Source of the DNA: Antedon mediterranea
Taxonomy: Eukaryota; Animalia; Echinodermata
Assembly: GCF_964355755.1 (NCBI RefSeq)
Contig: NC_092671.1
Coordinates: 5,704,001-5,768,000, forward strand
Direction of reading: 5' to 3'
Length of the DNA stretch: 64,000 bases
The position numbers and the translations under genes were made by a program. Under the pieces are notes generated by a model. It did no database searches. It worked only from the letters and a program-made list of their open reading frames with translations, and was not told where the DNA came from. Within the stretch, counting starts at the first letter, position 1, and every line of letters starts with the position of its first letter. Shown piece by piece: positions 62,745 to 64,000 of the stretch.

Positions 62745-64000
62745 TAAAATAAACCTTACAATAACTTTGATAATGAACCCACTTATTTTCTAACAACGGT
62801 GAACAGAATAAGAATCGTGAAATAACCCCATTTTTTTAAAGTTTGTTTATTCTATTCAGGACTTTTTAGTAATGTTGAAGAAGATAGGAATTTTAGGCTT
62901 ACTGATTTTCAATGAATGACAATCGTTAACCGGGTAACATTGGTAATAAATAGGATTTTTTAATGTACATTCATTGGTCTTTCGATTGATATGTTTTTCC
63001 ATAAGAAAATACTTTAAATTTGCATAATTTTTAGAGTCAATTTTAGTGATTTTCCTATCCTAACATTAGGACATGGAATGTGATATTGATAATATTATGA
63101 AATCTTGATATCATTAAGATTCAAATTTCAAACGCGAAATTGTTAAATACTTTTATGAAATTATCACAGCTGTTTTCATACAATTAAAATGTGCGTCATA
63201 AAATATAGTAGTTTTGTTGTTTTCGATGTCTTATCAGTACAGTAGCGTTTCACTTTCGTCACTGCAGTTAAAAATAATAATACATAAAACATGTTTTTAT
63301 TACGTTGTTTCTAAAAATGGTTAGATTATTTGTTTTTTTTATTGTTACATCACGTTTTAAAGGTATATAATATAATAACACCCATATTTCTTTTGTTCCA
63401 AAATTCTACTTTTGCAAGGTTTCCACCAAACCTATGTTATTATTACATGTTTATATTTATTAATACACTAACACTTTCTTTGTGGAAATAATAGTTATAT
63501 AATAATTTCGAACTTCTTAAAAATCAAAAGTGATTGTTATGTAATTCTAATTAATAAACTGACCAAACAACACAAATGTATTTGGCTTTCGAATCTATTA
63601 TTATACAATTCAACTTAACTTTTGTTTCTTTGTAATTTCTTTGCATTATGAGAACATTGTTGATTTGGTGTTTGGTTTTTGTGTCGCCCACACATCACTG
63701 ATTTTAACACCAAAATGACTCATAATAATGCTTGCGTGACTAATCAATCAGAAGTTATCAATTTTGTAAAGAACGTAAATTTAAATTATAATTAGAAAAG
63801 AAATATTGTTCATTACTTCGAACTCTGTATATCAATGTATTGTTTTAATATCAATCACTGTTGAAGCATGACTACATTTTATTGCTCCATGCTTGAGTGA
63901 ACGTCATCTCCTCTCTCTTGTTGCATGCTTTCGAATCAGGGCCTTGATTTTGTGCAAAATAATAAATAATATAACATACTTTTTTAAAATTACAGTTTTA

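Noticed and set aside
57200-64000. Short ORFs (57429, 58140, 58535, 58995, 62061)
   Set aside because: No recognisable domains or consistent exon chain; several overlap repeats. Treated as non-coding, though small or non-coding exons cannot be excluded.

Overview
AT-rich, intron-rich eukaryotic (invertebrate animal; probably a deuterostome such as an echinoderm, by inference) genomic DNA, not prokaryotic, so most ORF-track entries are single exons or artefacts. Five genes: (1) last two exons of cytoplasmic methionyl-tRNA synthetase (MARS1, WHEP domain, +); (2) a ~41-exon type I membrane C-type lectin receptor (-; 1859-28620) with 12 CTLDs, one PAN/Apple domain and an NxxY tail; (3) its tandem paralogue (-; 29518-35719) with 4 CTLDs and a 4-residue KKRQ tail; (4) cytoplasmic dynein intermediate chain (-; 39299-53590) with candidate 15- and 27-nt microexons; (5) SDHAF3/ACN9 (+; 56293-57130), head-to-head with the dynein gene. 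Introns hold many non-autonomous elements: Harbinger-, Kolobok-, MULE-, Tc1/pogo- and hAT-type MITEs, a Deu/Nin-type SINE, LINE 3' ends with cUUCGg hairpins, Penelope-like pLTR remnants carrying a minimal hammerhead ribozyme core, a HINE-like element with two tRNA-Val-like copies, and several minisatellites. Highlights: EPN-to-QPD switch and tail divergence between the lectin paralogues, an exact intron gain/loss, hammerhead motifs (one abutting a splice acceptor), dynein microexons, DYNC1I-SDHAF3 microsynteny, and strong TAGGCCTA enrichment. Exon and element boundaries were read by eye; family assignments were not database-checked.
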